From Nemertoderma westbladi (taxonomy: Eukaryota > Animalia > Xenacoelomorpha), in assembly GCA_032718475.1 (NCBI GenBank), contig JAUCBJ010008413.1:1-52759 (forward strand): a stretch of 52,759 bases of DNA. Direction: 5' to 3'. Each line of letters opens with the position of its first letter. The first letter of the stretch is position 1. Made by a program: the position numbers and the translations under genes. The notes under the pieces were generated by a model that saw only the letters and a program-made list of their open reading frames with translations, did not search any database and was not told where the DNA came from. Of the stretch, positions 38,246 to 50,956 are shown one piece after another.

Positions 38246-39209
38246 CGATACCGGAAACTGTTGATTTGGGTCTTAACGGGAGATTGTAGGTGTTGGGAAG
38301 GTCTAAGTCGAAGTCGCCTAGAGGCTGAGTAGAGATGGGGGTCGAGTAGTTGGTGAGTGGGGAGAGACCCTGGGTGGTGTGGGGGTGGAGGGTCGATGTG
38401 TCTGTATGGATTCCATGTGGCCTATTTATATCGAAAAATAATTCATTTAAGACATCGCCAACCTCACCTACGTCGGGTTTATATTCCAGTTCGTCTTCCG
38501 TCTCAATGAATATGATTTCCGGAGCATCGGATGGCTCTTATAGAGGTTGTGTAGAATTATTGGTTGAGTTGGTTGTGGTTACTGCGGGGGTATACGATAT
38601 GTTGTTATCAGATAATAAAGTTAAACTGGCTGTATTATTAGACGATTCAGATACAATGGGGTTTGGTTTGGTGTCTATCAGACTCAGTTTGGGGTTCATT
38701 TGTATTTGATTTCCGGGGAGGTCTGCCTGGTTGAGATATGGTAACCTCACCACAGGGTGCATGGATGAGGGTTCGGTACGTGGCGTTTGTGGATTCGAGT
38801 TTCGAGATTTAGGGTGGAAACCAATTCCGGTCGCAGGATTGTCATTGTGGCAGAACCTAGTACCGCCATTTGTCGTCGCTGATGTCCTCAATGGATTCTG
38901 CGGCAGTGGCAGACTGGTCTTACGGTACCCGGTAGTCGGGACAGTGATCGGTGATTGAGTTATGTATTGGGGCAAAGCCGAGGTGGTGGCGGCGTTGTTA
39001 GAGGGATAGGAGAGTGAATGCTGTAGCCACTCAGTAATGCGACCAGCCGTACAATTCTTAACAACATAATCGTCCAGAAAACACGAGTTTACTTCCAAGT
39101 ATTCTTCGATAAATCTCCGCACAAACGTGTCATTTTCTGAACAGATGTTCACGAACATAGATTTGGTAATTACCAATGCGTTGTCCGACTCACAAGTAAA
39201 CCGTTCCAT
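38246..39209 (-). pseudogene. ZNF-A2 exon 1 with premature stop (TCA>TAA at 38538-38540)
   Basis: The plus strand reads CTCTTATAGAGG where the paralogs read CTCTGATAGAGG. The rest of the exon and the donor at 38245 are intact. Confidence 0.85.
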
Positions 39210-40324
39210 TGTCTGATTGTTGTCTTTTCAGAGTTCAGGTCGTCAGTCGTGCCGGTTCGAGAAGCAAATAATAAAATTTTAAACAGATATACTGATATAG
39301 GCCTATTCCAGTATTCGAATCACTGAATAAGCGAGATGCAGTACTGTAGTGCTGCCTAACAGTAAACACCCAAACCCAATTACACTACTACAGTACTACA
39401 TAACATCATGAGTCACACTGTACTGTTACTGCAGTACAGTAGGTCTAATGCAGGTGGAGGCCCTGAAACACGTTAGTCTTTAAGCGACCTTCAGCAGATC
39501 CTAGCTCCAGTTGATCTCACTCGAGTGGCGGCCCAAACCCTAATTAAAATTCAAAATGTATTCACGTTTGCTTAGGGTTTACCTTAATGCAATTGCAAAG
39601 TCTATTCACTAGTCGCATGTTCAGGTTGTTCCATGAAATGCAGCCAAATCGTCGGTAAAAAGGCAAAAGGGCATTTATGAATGCGGATTCCTGACAATGT
39701 CTCCCATTTTCATATTATTAAAGGCTGATGTGATTTTTGTACAAAAACATAGACATTTTATTTTTCGGATGTAAAAGGGAATTTGTGTAAAATCATATAA
39801 AGGTAAAAAGCCATGTTGTGTATGCCTACTGCTGATGTACATCCACATACAGTACCTAGACCCTACCGGTTGGTGATATTAGAGTCGATCGGACTGTACA
39901 CAGTCAGACTGACAGGGTAAATTGAAAAATAATCGTATTAGTAGTACAGTATAGTGTCTGTCAACAACTGTACTAAAGGCAAAAGGTCATAGATAGATAG
40001 ATAGATAGATTTATTTATACATTATGTAAAAACAATAACAAATACACCAAACAATGTACCGGTATAAAGGTATTGTCCAACATAACATATAGGATTACCC
40101 CTAAAGCTTTGCAGCTTATTTCCAAGGGGGTCCTTTATGTTACTTGGTTACAAATACAATATTACACTACGCTAACCTAAAACCAATATAAAACGTAATT
40201 ACACTATGTACATGTACAACTTTACCGAGAGCGTGACAATGCCCGACTCAACGATAAAGATGTAATGTACAGAACAATTTATTATAAAACGTATTTACAG
40301 CATAAATAGTAAATAATTAATAAG

Positions 40325-41767
40325 CTAATAACTTACTGTAGGACTATTGTACCTATTTTTACATTGCACACGGAGATGAGATTTAACTGCAGATTTAAAA
40401 GAATGTTGATTATTTAGGTTTTTAATTTCATTAGGCAGAGCGTTCCAATTTTTTATGCCGTTAAAAAAGAAAGTATCAGATTCAAAGGATTTACAATTCG
40501 GGAGGTAGAAGTTTGAAGCACTAGCTCTGGTACTGTAAGAGTGTGTATCGCGTACTCTGTTGAATTTTTGTTTTAGGTAATTGGGACATTTACCATTATA
40601 CACTTTATGCACATGGTTAAGGCGTAGCTGCTTAACTCTACTATCTAAGTTAAGTAGTCCAGATTCAGAAAAGTCATCTGGAGTTAGGTGGTGCCTAGGT
40701 TTGTAGTCTTTAATAAATCGTACTACTTTATTCTGAGCTACTTGTAATTTACATTTAAGCTGTTTGGTTAAGCCTTCATACCAAGAAGAGCAAGCATAGT
40801 CCATGTGACACTGTATTAAAGAAGAGCAAAGTAACTTGCGGGAGTCGGTGTTTAAACTATTTTTATTTCTGTATAGAAACCTAAGCCTACTGTTAACTTT
40901 CGAGAAAATATTTTTCACTGTACTTTCTCCTGATAAGCAGTTATCCAATGTGGCGCCTAAATATTTAACTTCCTTTTTATTTTCAATCTTATGTCCATTA
41001 CTAGTGACTTCAAACTTAGTTACCTTCTTTAACTTTCTTTTGGAACCAAACAAAATACTTTCAGTTTTACCGTAGTGAATGGATAGCTTATTATCAACCA
41101 ACCACTCATTACAGGATTCTAGAACTGCACTTAACTTTTGGGAAATATGGATAGGATCTTTATGAGAGAAAATAAGAGCACTGTCGTCGGCATATAAAAT
41201 GAGTTTAAAATCGGGATCTATACTACTTATCATATCATTTACATAGCATACAAAAAGCAGAGGACCTAATATACTACCTTGCGGTACACCACAGGTAATC
41301 TCTTGTACAGTAGACAGCGATTTGCTAATGACTACAGTTTGACCTCTGTCTGACAGGTAGGACTTGAACCAGTCTATAGAACCTACTCCCATCAGGCCTA
41401 ACTTACCAAGCAGAATTTCGTGATCTACAGTATCGAAAGCCTTTTGTAGGTCCAACATTACCATACCAGTATATAAACCCTTTGCGTTATTACATCTAAT
41501 TGTATCAGTTAAGTTAATAAGGCAGGTGTCTGTAGAATATGATTTACGAAAACCGGACTGCAGTTCATAGATCAGATTTAGCCTACTAAGATGTGCCTCC
41601 AGCTGTAGAAAAACAGAACGTTCTAGAATTTTAGATACAATACTTAAGATACTAACAGGTCTGTAATTACAGGGTTCTACTTTACTATTCTTTTTATACA
41701 GAGGAACAACCTTAGCTAATTTCAGTTCGTCTGGTACTTGATTTACGAAAACCGGACTGCAGTTCAT
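40325..41767 (-). CDS. LINE ORF2 C-terminal part: reverse transcriptase
   Basis: [40 protein letters not shown] and KYLG motifs. It is separated from the 5' part by a 199-bp duplication. Confidence 0.9.
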   Translation of the reverse strand: MNCSPVFVNQVPDELKLAKVVPLYKKNSKVEPCNYRPVSILSIVSKILERSVFLQLEAHLSRLNLIYELQSGFRKSYSTDTCLINLTDTIRCNNAKGLYTGMVMLDLQKAFDTVDHEILLGKLGLMGVGSIDWFKSYLSDRGQTVVISKSLSTVQEITCGVPQGSILGPLLFVCYVNDMISSIDPDFKLILYADDSALIFSHKDPIHISQKLSAVLESCNEWLVDNKLSIHYGKTESILFGSKRKLKKVTKFEVTSNGHKIENKKEVKYLGATLDNCLSGESTVKNIFSKVNSRLRFLYRNKNSLNTDSRKLLCSSLIQCHMDYACSSWYEGLTKQLKCKLQVAQNKVVRFIKDYKPRHHLTPDDFSESGLLNLDSRVKQLRLNHVHKVYNGKCPNYLKQKFNRVRDTHSYSTRASASNFYLPNCKSFESDTFFFNGIKNWNALPNEIKNLNNQHSFKSAVKSHLRVQCKNRYNSPTVSY

Positions 41768-44021
41768 AGATCAGATTTAGCCTACTAAGATGTGCCTCCA
41801 GCTGTAGAAAAACAGAACGTTCTAGAATTTTAGATACAATACTTAAGATACTAACAGGTCTGTAATTACAGGGTTCTACTTTACTATTCTTTTTATACAG
41901 AGGAACAACCTTAGCTAATTTCAGTTCGTCTGGTACTACATTATCTACGATAGAGTAATTAATAATAAAAGTAATAGGCACTTTAAGTACTTCAGCACCA
42001 TCCTTAAGAAAACGGGCAGGTATTAGATCTAGACCGGTACTTTTTGAGGCTGATAGGCTAAGTAGATTTTTAAAAACGAAATCCTCAGAAACGGGTTTTA
42101 AAAATAACTTTTCTGAATTTTGTAACTTTTCTAAATAAAAATTATTTAGAGTTTCGGACCCTATGCTATATTTATTACTTGATAACGGTAACTTCTTAAC
42201 TAAATTAGAGGCAACATTAGTAAAATAATTATTAAATAAATTACTAACTAGAGTATGATCATGAATCAGCTCACCGTTATCTTGCAGAACAATATTCGAT
42301 TTAGATTTAAGGTTTTTATAACCTAAAGATTTTAGGGTAGACCATAGACTTTTTGGATTATCTTTATTCTCACTTATTTTGTTGTACAAATATTCAGATT
42401 TAGCTTTTTTTATTTCCCGTTGGACAAGGTTTCTATATTTGCAGTAATTATTATAATCAGCTAAAACACGGTATTTCCTAAATTTATACAAATAGTTATC
42501 TCTTTCTCTGATATTACTAAGAATACCCGAGGTCATCCAGGGCTCAGTGCGTTGTTTAAGACTAATTTCTTTAATTGGTGCTACAGTATTAAGTGCCTTT
42601 AAAAATATATCTTTAAAAACAGTGTACGCAAGGTTAATGTCAGCGGCCTTAAAACAGGGTTCCCAGTCAGAATTAACTAACAAACTTAAAAAGCGTTCCT
42701 TGCTGTAATTTTTCATAGACCTAACTGTTACTGTTTTATGATCCCCGAAAAAAGATTTTTGTGTCTTTCTTGTGCAAAAAACTATAAAATGATCGCTTAG
42801 ACCTATAGGTAAAACCCCAGATTGAGAAATAATATCGGTATTATTACAAAGGATGTGATCTAGTAAAGTAGAAGTTTTACTGGTAATTCTGGTAGAATCT
42901 CGAATAATTTGTTTTAAACCAAACAAATTTAAAATACTTTGGTACTGTTTACAGATGGGGGATGCTTTGTGATGGTAACAGATATTAAAATCACCTAAGA
43001 AATATATTTCACAGTCTGACCTAAGATTACATAAAATTGTATTTTCAAAATTTTGCAAAAAATCTGATTGTTTAGGGGGCCGATATAAAGTACCGATTAA
43101 AATAGGTTTAGTTTTAGGAAGTAAAAGTTCCACCAGTAAAACTTCGTCACAAGTCTCTAAATCTTCCCTACGATTAAAAGCTAAATCACATCGAATGTAA
43201 GTACAGACACCACCACCGTGTCTGTCCCTATCCTTACGTAAAACTACGTAATTATCAATATAAATTTCTCCATCAGAAACACTATCATCGAGCCAAGTTT
43301 CAGAGATTGTTAAAACTGCTGGGTTGGATTTATTGATTAAAATACGAATTTCGGAAAGTTTTGGAAGCAGAGATCGTGCGTTTAAGTGCAAAAAATGCAG
43401 ACCTTTTTTCTTAAAAAAATTAAAAGTTTCACTCTCAGCATCACTTGGAGTTTGCAGAGGCGATGTGAGAAATGAATCGTCGGTTTCTGATTCTAAAATT
43501 GTATCATGAAAGGGAAGTTCGGTAAAAATACAGCTATTGCAGAGAAAACTTGGTTCAAGATTGTTTCTGGTGGAGAATAAATTACTGCGTTTCCTACGGT
43601 AACATTTTAAATGTACAAATGTGTCACAACTCTCGCATTGGACGATCTTACTCCGAGAGTTTGTTCCTCGTTGACAGACGGGACAGTTGATCTTCGGGGC
43701 CCGCGTCCTGCTGGGTCCTGGGTTGGTCTCAATATCCCCAGCCAGAGACAGTAGACAGAGTTTAGCGATTAGGCCTCTAGATCGTGGAGAGGAGACCCAA
43801 GATCTTCTTCCCCGACGAGAGCAGTAGAGGCTAAATCCACTCGTCGACCACATCTCCGTCGATTCGGCGCGGCAGTTCGAAACGGTAGCGACAGGGTGTT
43901 CCGCAAACCAGTCCAATACGGGTATTGGGTGGGTTGCAGGGTTACCCCGCGGATCGGATGGTTCTGCCACAACGAAACGACCCAGAACGATGAAAACTGT
44001 GGAGATTAAGAGCGGGGACAT
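41712..44021 (-). CDS. LINE ORF2 N-terminal part: hydrophobic leader, 2A-like motif, PHD finger, APE endonuclease
   Basis: [11 protein letters not shown]; CPVC..CESC..HLKC..CNSC (PHD); HLNARSL, ISETWL, YRPP, LGDFN, LLDHI and SDH (APE). Confidence 0.9.
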   Translation of the reverse strand: MSPLLISTVFIVLGRFVVAEPSDPRGNPATHPIPVLDWFAEHPVATVSNCRAESTEMWSTSGFSLYCSRRGRRSWVSSPRSRGLIAKLCLLSLAGDIETNPGPSRTRAPKINCPVCQRGTNSRSKIVQCESCDTFVHLKCYRRKRSNLFSTRNNLEPSFLCNSCIFTELPFHDTILESETDDSFLTSPLQTPSDAESETFNFFKKKGLHFLHLNARSLLPKLSEIRILINKSNPAVLTISETWLDDSVSDGEIYIDNYVVLRKDRDRHGGGVCTYIRCDLAFNRREDLETCDEVLLVELLLPKTKPILIGTLYRPPKQSDFLQNFENTILCNLRSDCEIYFLGDFNICYHHKASPICKQYQSILNLFGLKQIIRDSTRITSKTSTLLDHILCNNTDIISQSGVLPIGLSDHFIVFCTRKTQKSFFGDHKTVTVRSMKNYSKERFLSLLVNSDWEPCFKAADINLAYTVFKDIFLKALNTVAPIKEISLKQRTEPWMTSGILSNIRERDNYLYKFRKYRVLADYNNYCKYRNLVQREIKKAKSEYLYNKISENKDNPKSLWSTLKSLGYKNLKSKSNIVLQDNGELIHDHTLVSNLFNNYFTNVASNLVKKLPLSSNKYSIGSETLNNFYLEKLQNSEKLFLKPVSEDFVFKNLLSLSASKSTGLDLIPARFLKDGAEVLKVPITFIINYSIVDNVVPDELKLAKVVPLYKKNSKVEPCNYRPVSILSIVSKILERSVFLQLEAHLSRLNLIYELQSGFRKSSTRRTEIS

Positions 44022-44254
44022 TGTGCTGTCTGGCTGTAGTCTGACTCAGGGATAAAAACTGTATAGGCCTAGTACCGGTATCTTTCTTGGTCTTATTGTC
44101 GGCAGGCCTACAACTTAATCTACAGCTTAATTAAATTGATGGAATGATGATTGATGAAATGATTGATGGTCATTTGATGGTTTCATTGCCATCAACTTAT
44201 ATCGATCATAGAATGTCAAGTAACTATGAGATAAAACTGATAAGAGTTGATAAG

Positions 44255-44539
44255 ATGGATTCCATATGGTCTATTTATATCGAAGAAAAATTCATTTAAG
44301 ACATCGCCAACCTCACCTACGTCGTGTTTATATTCCAGTTCGTCTTCCGTCTCAATGAATATGATTTCCGGAGCATCGGATGGCTCTGATAGAGGTTGTG
44401 TAGAATTATTGGTTGAGTTGGTTGTGGTTACTGCAGGGGTATACGATATGTGGTTATCAGATAATAAAGTTGAACTGACTGTATTATTAGACGATTCAGA
44501 TACAATGGGGTTTGGTTTGGTGTCTATCAGACTCAGTTT
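44255..44539 (-). pseudogene. Isolated ~285-bp internal fragment of ZNF exon 1
   Basis: Matches the KLSLIDTKP...FFDINRP part of exon 1 and is embedded in the 3' flanking module. Confidence 0.85.
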
Positions 44540-44994
44540 TCAGTTTTCAATCAGTTTTCATTTTCTTTATTGAACCTTTTTCAAGTGATTTTATATTCAA
44601 GTAATAATTTTTATACTGTAAGCCTAGTCTAGAACATCGTGTATACGGCGTCTTATAAATATTTTTTAATAATAATAAAATGGCAAAAAATTTGTAACAG
44701 AGATAGTTTGCCATCCCCCCTTCTTAGTGGGTGAGTCAGAATTTATTTGGTAATAACAGGAATCAATTTGGTTTACATATATCCAACTTTCCCCACATCC
44801 ATTTCACACTTCGCGATAATATAATGTTATAATGTTGTTAATGTAAATATTTGGTTCTTTAAATTTCTTCTGATAATCTAACTGTTTTTAAATTTAATCA
44901 ACATAATCTACAACTAACTACATACAGAATTTTAGTTTATCTGTGTCCAACAATATCACCGGAAGTGGATAAACGTTTCTTACAAACATTACAG

Positions 44995-45488
44995 TTACAG
45001 AGTCTCCCCACTGCGGATACATTTGTGGCGCTTTACATGATGTCGGTGGGAGAAACATTTACCGCATGTTTCGCAGCTAAACGGCCGTTCCCCTGTATGT
45101 AATCTCTTGTGAGTGTTTAGATTGCCGCTCACTATAAATCCCTTCCCGCACGTGTCGCACACAAACGGACGCTCTCCGGAATGCGTCCGCTTGTGCGAGG
45201 TTAGGTTGCACAGGTGAGAGAAACGTTTGTTGCAGATACCGCATTGGTATGGACGCTCGCCGGTGTGGATCCGTTGGTGTATAATCAGGTTGCTGTTCCT
45301 TGCGAACGCCTTACCACAAGTATCACAGCTGAAGGGCTTCTCATTGGAGTGGCTTCCTTTCACAATATCCTGGGGTTGAATCCCAGAGGGACCAGGTTGG
45401 TCGAAGGAATTATTTATATTTCTGGGTGTTACGTCATCGTCGGAAGTGAGCATGTCTGAATCATCAGGGAATGGTTGTGATTGGTCGC
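44995..45488 (-). CDS. ZNF-B2 exon 2: four C2H2 fingers
   Basis: Copy of B1 exon 2 at +18323. The protein differs only at the last residue (R vs L). Confidence 0.9.
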
Positions 45489-45694
45489 CTATATAGAAAG
45501 TAATGGAGTGGATTAATAATGGAAAATATTGATTCAAATCATAACAAGATAATAAGTAATGTAATAATTGAACAATAACACTCACAAAAATCATAGACAA
45601 TTCAACACAATCAAAATTTAAAAATTGCCATGTTCGGTTTCAGTTCGGTTCCGGTTCGGCTCCTCTATAGTTCGGTCGATAGACAAGAGACAGG

Positions 45695-46066
45695 ACAGTA
45701 GACAAGAGCTGGAACACAGTAAACTTTGATCAACTCCGAATGTCGCAAAGAAACAACTATTAGAGAAATCTACTAGCAAACATCTCTCTACAACACACAA
45801 TAGTAGACAAGAGCTGGAACACAGTAAACCTTGGTTCAACTCCGAATGTCGCCAAGAAACAACTATTAAAGAAATCTACTTGCAAACATCTCTCAACAAC
45901 ACACAATAGTAGGCAAGAGCTGGAACACAGTAAACCTTGGTTCAACTCCGAATGTCGCAAAGAAACAACTATTATAGAAATCTACTAGCAAACATCTCTC
46001 TACACAGAATAGTAGGTAAGAGCTGGAACACAGTAAGTAAACCTTGGTTCAACTTCGAATGTTGCC
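45695..46066. repeat. Short (~3.5 unit) 103-bp satellite in the ZNF-B2 intron
   Basis: Copy of 27372-27743. Confidence 0.9.
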
Positions 46067-46823
46067 ACTCACCACTCACCAGCCCAGCGCTCCAAGGATT
46101 GAAGCGTGAAGCGCAGATAAAAGTGTGTCGCAGTTAGCGGAATCAGAGTATAATTTACGTCATCGGCAAAGACCTTAACTTTAATTTTACCTAGTGTAAT
46201 AAGCAACTCAGGAAGGTCATTAATGAAAAGAATAAAATTGATCAGTCCGAGGAAACTGCCCTGGAATGTGCCAGATTTAACAATGGAAGGTAGCGAAAAT
46301 TCGTTACCAACTAAAATGCGTTGTGATCTGTCTGAGAAAAAAGCACTAAGCCACGCTAGCAAAGCTTCTGCGATGCCGTATGCTGAAACCTTTCACATAA
46401 GATTAGAATGCACAATATATCAAGTGTAGTCGTGTCGTACAGTCGTTATCGAGTGTAGTGTAACAGAGGCCGACACATTCGAGGAGCAGTGTGCATGTCG
46501 ATTTACGTTCTAGGAATCCATGTTGTTCTGTGGAAATTAATTTATGGGCACGCAAGTATGAAACTAGGGTGTCTTTCACAAAGATTTCCATGATTTTGCA
46601 TGATGGATGGATCACAGGATCCATTTGTGTGGATCATAGGGTTCACCTTCTGTGAATAATGGAACTACAACAGCCAGTGAGCCAAATAGATGGAAGTCTG
46701 TGTTAGTAACACAGATGGTGAGCACAGATAAAGGAGCAGTGATAGAGATAGATAAACGAGAAAATATAATACTCGGCAAGTTGTCGGGTGTCCTACTTTT
46801 CTTGGCAGGAATGTTAGTTGTTT
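46067..46823 (-). mobile_element. Decayed LINE RT fragment, third copy
   Basis: Same translations as 27746-28301. Confidence 0.85.
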
Positions 46824-47021
46824 AGAACAGTAAGAACCCTAACAGGTGAAAAATCTACAGTAGACAAGAAACAGCGTATTGCTATTGTCATCGTTACAAT
46901 TTTCACCAAGAACTTCAGCAAATAATTTAGCTTTAGTTTTGTCATCCACTATGGTGTTTCAAGTTTTCCTATGCAGGCAATACGGACTAAATGTTGTTTA
47001 ATCTAACATATAGTAACTCAC

Positions 47022-47991
47022 CGATACCGGAACCTGTTGATTTGGTTCTTAATGGGAGATTGTAGGTGTTGGGAACGTCTAAGTCTAAGTCGAAGTCGCC
47101 TAGAGGCTGAGTAGATATGGGGGTCGAGTAGTTGGTGAGTGGGGAGAGACCCTGGGTGGTGTGGGCGTGGGGGGTCGATGTGTCTGTATGGATTCCATGT
47201 GGTCTATTTATATCGAAAAATAATTCATTTAAGACATCGCCACCTTCACCTACGTCGGGTTTATATTCCAGTTCGTCTTCCGTCTCAATGAATATGATTT
47301 CCGGAGCATCGGATGACTCTGATAGAGGTTGTGTAGAATTATTGGTTGAGTTGGTTGTGGTTACTGTGGGGATATACGATATGTTGTTATCAGATGATAA
47401 AGTTAAACTGGCTGTATTATTAGACGATTCAGATACAATGGGGTTTGGTTTGGTGTCTATCAGACTCAGTTTGGGGTTCATTTGTATTTGATTTCTGGGG
47501 AGGTCTACCTGGTTGAGATATGGTAACCTCACCACAGGGTGCATGGATGAGGGTTCGGTACGTGGCGTGTGTGGATACGAGTTTCGAGATTTAGGGTGGA
47601 AACCAATTCCGGTCGCAGGATTGTCATTGTGGCGGAACCTAGTACCGCCATTTGTCGTCGCTGATGTCCTCAATGGATTCTGCGGCAGTGGCAGACTGGT
47701 CTCGCGGTACCCCGTAGTCGGGACAGTGGTCGGTGATTGAGTTATGTATTGGGGCAAAGCCGAGGTGGTGGCGGCGTTGTTAGAGGGATAGGAGAGTGAA
47801 CGCTGCAGCCACTCAGTAATGCGACCAGCCGTACAATTCTTAACAACATAATCGTCCAGAAAACACGAGTTTACTTCCAAGTATTCTTCGAGAAATCTCC
47901 GCACAAAGGTGTCATTTTCTGAACAGATGTTCACGAACATAGATTTGGTAATTATCAATGCGTTGTCCGACTCACAAGTAAACCGTTCCAT
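47022..47991 (-). CDS. ZNF-B2 exon 1 (spliced product 487 aa, apparently intact)
   Basis: Translation identical to B1 exon 1. Donor at 47021. Confidence 0.82.
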
Positions 47992-50106
47992 TGTCTGATT
48001 GTTGTCTTTTCAGAGTTCAGGTAGTGCTGGTTCGAGAAGAAAATAACAAATTTTAAACAGATATAGGCCTATTCGAATCACTGAATCAGTGAAATACAGT
48101 ACTGCAGTGCTGCCTAATAGTAAACACCCAAACCCAATTACACTACAATATAACCAGGTGTTTCAAAAAGGTGGACTGTAGGTGTAGGCCTACACAGAAA
48201 ACATGGACAGGTGGACAGACCAATCACTTACTTGATTATTAGATTAATAAAGACTGCGTTCCCGTGTCACAGAATTTACAAAATTTGCATAAACCCACAA
48301 AGCATTTATAGAACAACACTCGAAAATTTAGAAAGCATGTGGAATTTAGATAATTTTATATGTGCACAATATAAAAGGGAAAATAAATATTTATTAAATT
48401 ACTGTATAAGTACACATTTAGATCAATCCAGAATGTTGTAATACATACAATGCTACTAAATGTTTAGTAAGCATTTGAATGATTTTTTAAATTAGAAATG
48501 GCACATTCCACATTCAGCGTTTAAAAAAAACATACAAATACTTGCTAAGAATTTTACATGGATTTAATGGTTTGTTGAGATTCAAATAGGCATTTTGCAT
48601 TTAGAAAACATATAAATACTTGCAATGGATTTTGTATAGATTTGATGGTTTGTTTAAATTCAAAAAGTCACATTTTGCGTTTAGAAAAACATATAAATAC
48701 TTACAATGCATTTTGTATGTATTTAAAAGTTTGTTTATCATGCTTCATTGTAGTAAAAGATATGAATACTTACAAAGTACAGTACTACCGTATTTTGAAA
48801 ATGTTATGTTGTACAACAGTATGTACATACATTTCTGTATACTCTGTAGCTGTTTGGTTCAAGCAGTGAAGTGTCTATTTCTGTCAGTCTCACCTCTCAG
48901 CCTCCATGTGTGTGTGTGTGGGGGGGGGGGGGGGGGGGGGGTGGGGCGTCGGTTGTCAACCACTATTGTTTATGATATTTAAATGATTACAAAAAATTAA
49001 ATAAGCTCACAGATTATTTCCAAAAATTATGTTGAATTAAAAATAAGGTTCACATGCATGGTTTGAGACACAGGGTCATATTGTCCACGTCTCGAAAATT
49101 TGAAACTATTGGTTCTGCTAACACTGATAAAATTTAGGTACAAAGTTCGCACGTTTAGGAAAGTGATTCGCTCGCAAAAAATGGAATACATTTCACAATA
49201 TGAAAATTGGATAAATATTCAATTTAGAAATGGTGATCAAATCAAAATGTTCAAGAAAAAATCTAGGATTTTTCGAAAAAAAAAATTAAAGTTTAGAAGT
49301 GTTGATAAGGTTAATATTACTTGAATTTCATAAAACTATAGGACATTCAAAGGATATCAAAATTTAAAATATATTCATGAAATAAAATATCGAGTGGTAA
49401 TTGTACCGGTGGCAATATTTCCGGGGGGCAATAGTCCAGGGGGCAATTGTCCTCGGGTGGCAATTGTCATCGAGGGGCAATTGTCCGAGGGGCAATTGTG
49501 CGGGGGCAATTGTCCTAGTTCTCCCAAGAGGTTACCTAACTTCATGACTCGTCCCAGTCGTGTTTACTAATTTCATCCAATCAAATCGTTGGTTGTTTGG
49601 AACCACATAAAAATATACAAATAATTTATAAAACATACAAATTTCCTAAATTACAGTATGCTTACACACGAATCGCTATTAAACATTTTAGCCAATCAAA
49701 TTAGATGTGTGGCGCCACAGTTAAATTTATAAACTATTTAAAGGTTACTTGCAAAATCTACTAAGTGAACGTGGAAAACATACGACATTTTATAAATAAC
49801 ACATAAAAGGAACATAGAACAAACATATAAACGCCAGGCACGTTTTTATACAGTATGTTTATTTCTAAGCATTTAAATAAATGACTGATAAAGCATTTGT
49901 ATGTTTCTCCATGTTCTGTGACACGGGAAACCAAATCAAAAGCATTGAATTTGTCCAATTTTATTGTAGTTATTTGCAATGCAATCCCAACCGTCTTACC
50001 ATTTTTATCAAAATTATCCCGGTCATGGCTGAATATCCCGGTAACCAGGTTACTGTGATACCCCAACTATTCCTACCGTGCCAAGGACGTGACCCCCCTC
50101 CCCCCC

Positions 50107-50956
50107 GGATAGTTATAAAACCCGAAAATAACGAAAAAGACGAATTTATCAGCGAAAATATCAAAATTATCAAACAATCTACAAAACCTCGCTTTCTAAT
50201 AAGATCGATATTATTAGAATACACACTTTACATTTTTTAATTAATTAAATCGGATAATTTCGTCCCATTTTCGACCTTAAAAGTAATTTAATACTAAATA
50301 TTGTCTGTTGGTTGGTTGTTGGGCGTTGACCAATAATGGCGGCTTGGATGAATCAACTCAGCATCAGCAGATCAGTACAGCGGGCCTACTTGTGTGTTAC
50401 TGTACAAGCATGGTACGGTACAGTCGGAAGCGGCAAAGATGAAAGAAGTGGTCCAGTACCCTAACCCAACACTGCAACAATGTAATTCCCATATAAATTT
50501 TTGCATTACGGCATACGGTACCTTAACGCTACCTAGCCTTGGTGTGCACTGTACAGTGACTGTCAGGCAAGTGGTGCGGCGGATGTGAACATGTGAACGT
50601 ACTGTAACGACAGAATTGCAGTCCAGCAGTCGTAATGCAATAACTGCAGTAGGCCCACATTCTGACTACAGTCCTAATTTGAGCGCCATCTGTGGTGTTT
50701 TGCAATCATTGGATCACCCCTAACAACCAATCAACAGAGCCAGTATTTTGGTATTCAATTACTTTTAGGGTCGAAAATGGGGCGAAATTATCGATTTTCT
50801 TAATTAAATAATGTAAAGTAAATAATGTAAAGTGTGTCTTCTAATAATACCTATCTCACTGGAAAGCGAGATTTTATCTATAGTTTTATAATTTCGATAT
50901 TAATTTTCGTTAATAATTTCGTCTTTTTCGTTTTTTTTCGGGTTTTATAACTATCC
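50107..50956. mobile_element. Second copy of the 850-bp long-TIR element
   Basis: Copy of 31784-32633 at +18323. Confidence 0.85.

Larger units (their letters stand above)
39991..44167 (-). mobile_element. L2/Crack-group non-LTR retrotransposon, young insertion
   Basis: 6-bp TSD GGTCAT (39985-39990 / 44168-44173), with the empty site at ~12475-12490. The 3' end is AATAAA followed by a (TCTA)5 tail. The ORF carries PHD, APE and RT. Confidence 0.93.
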
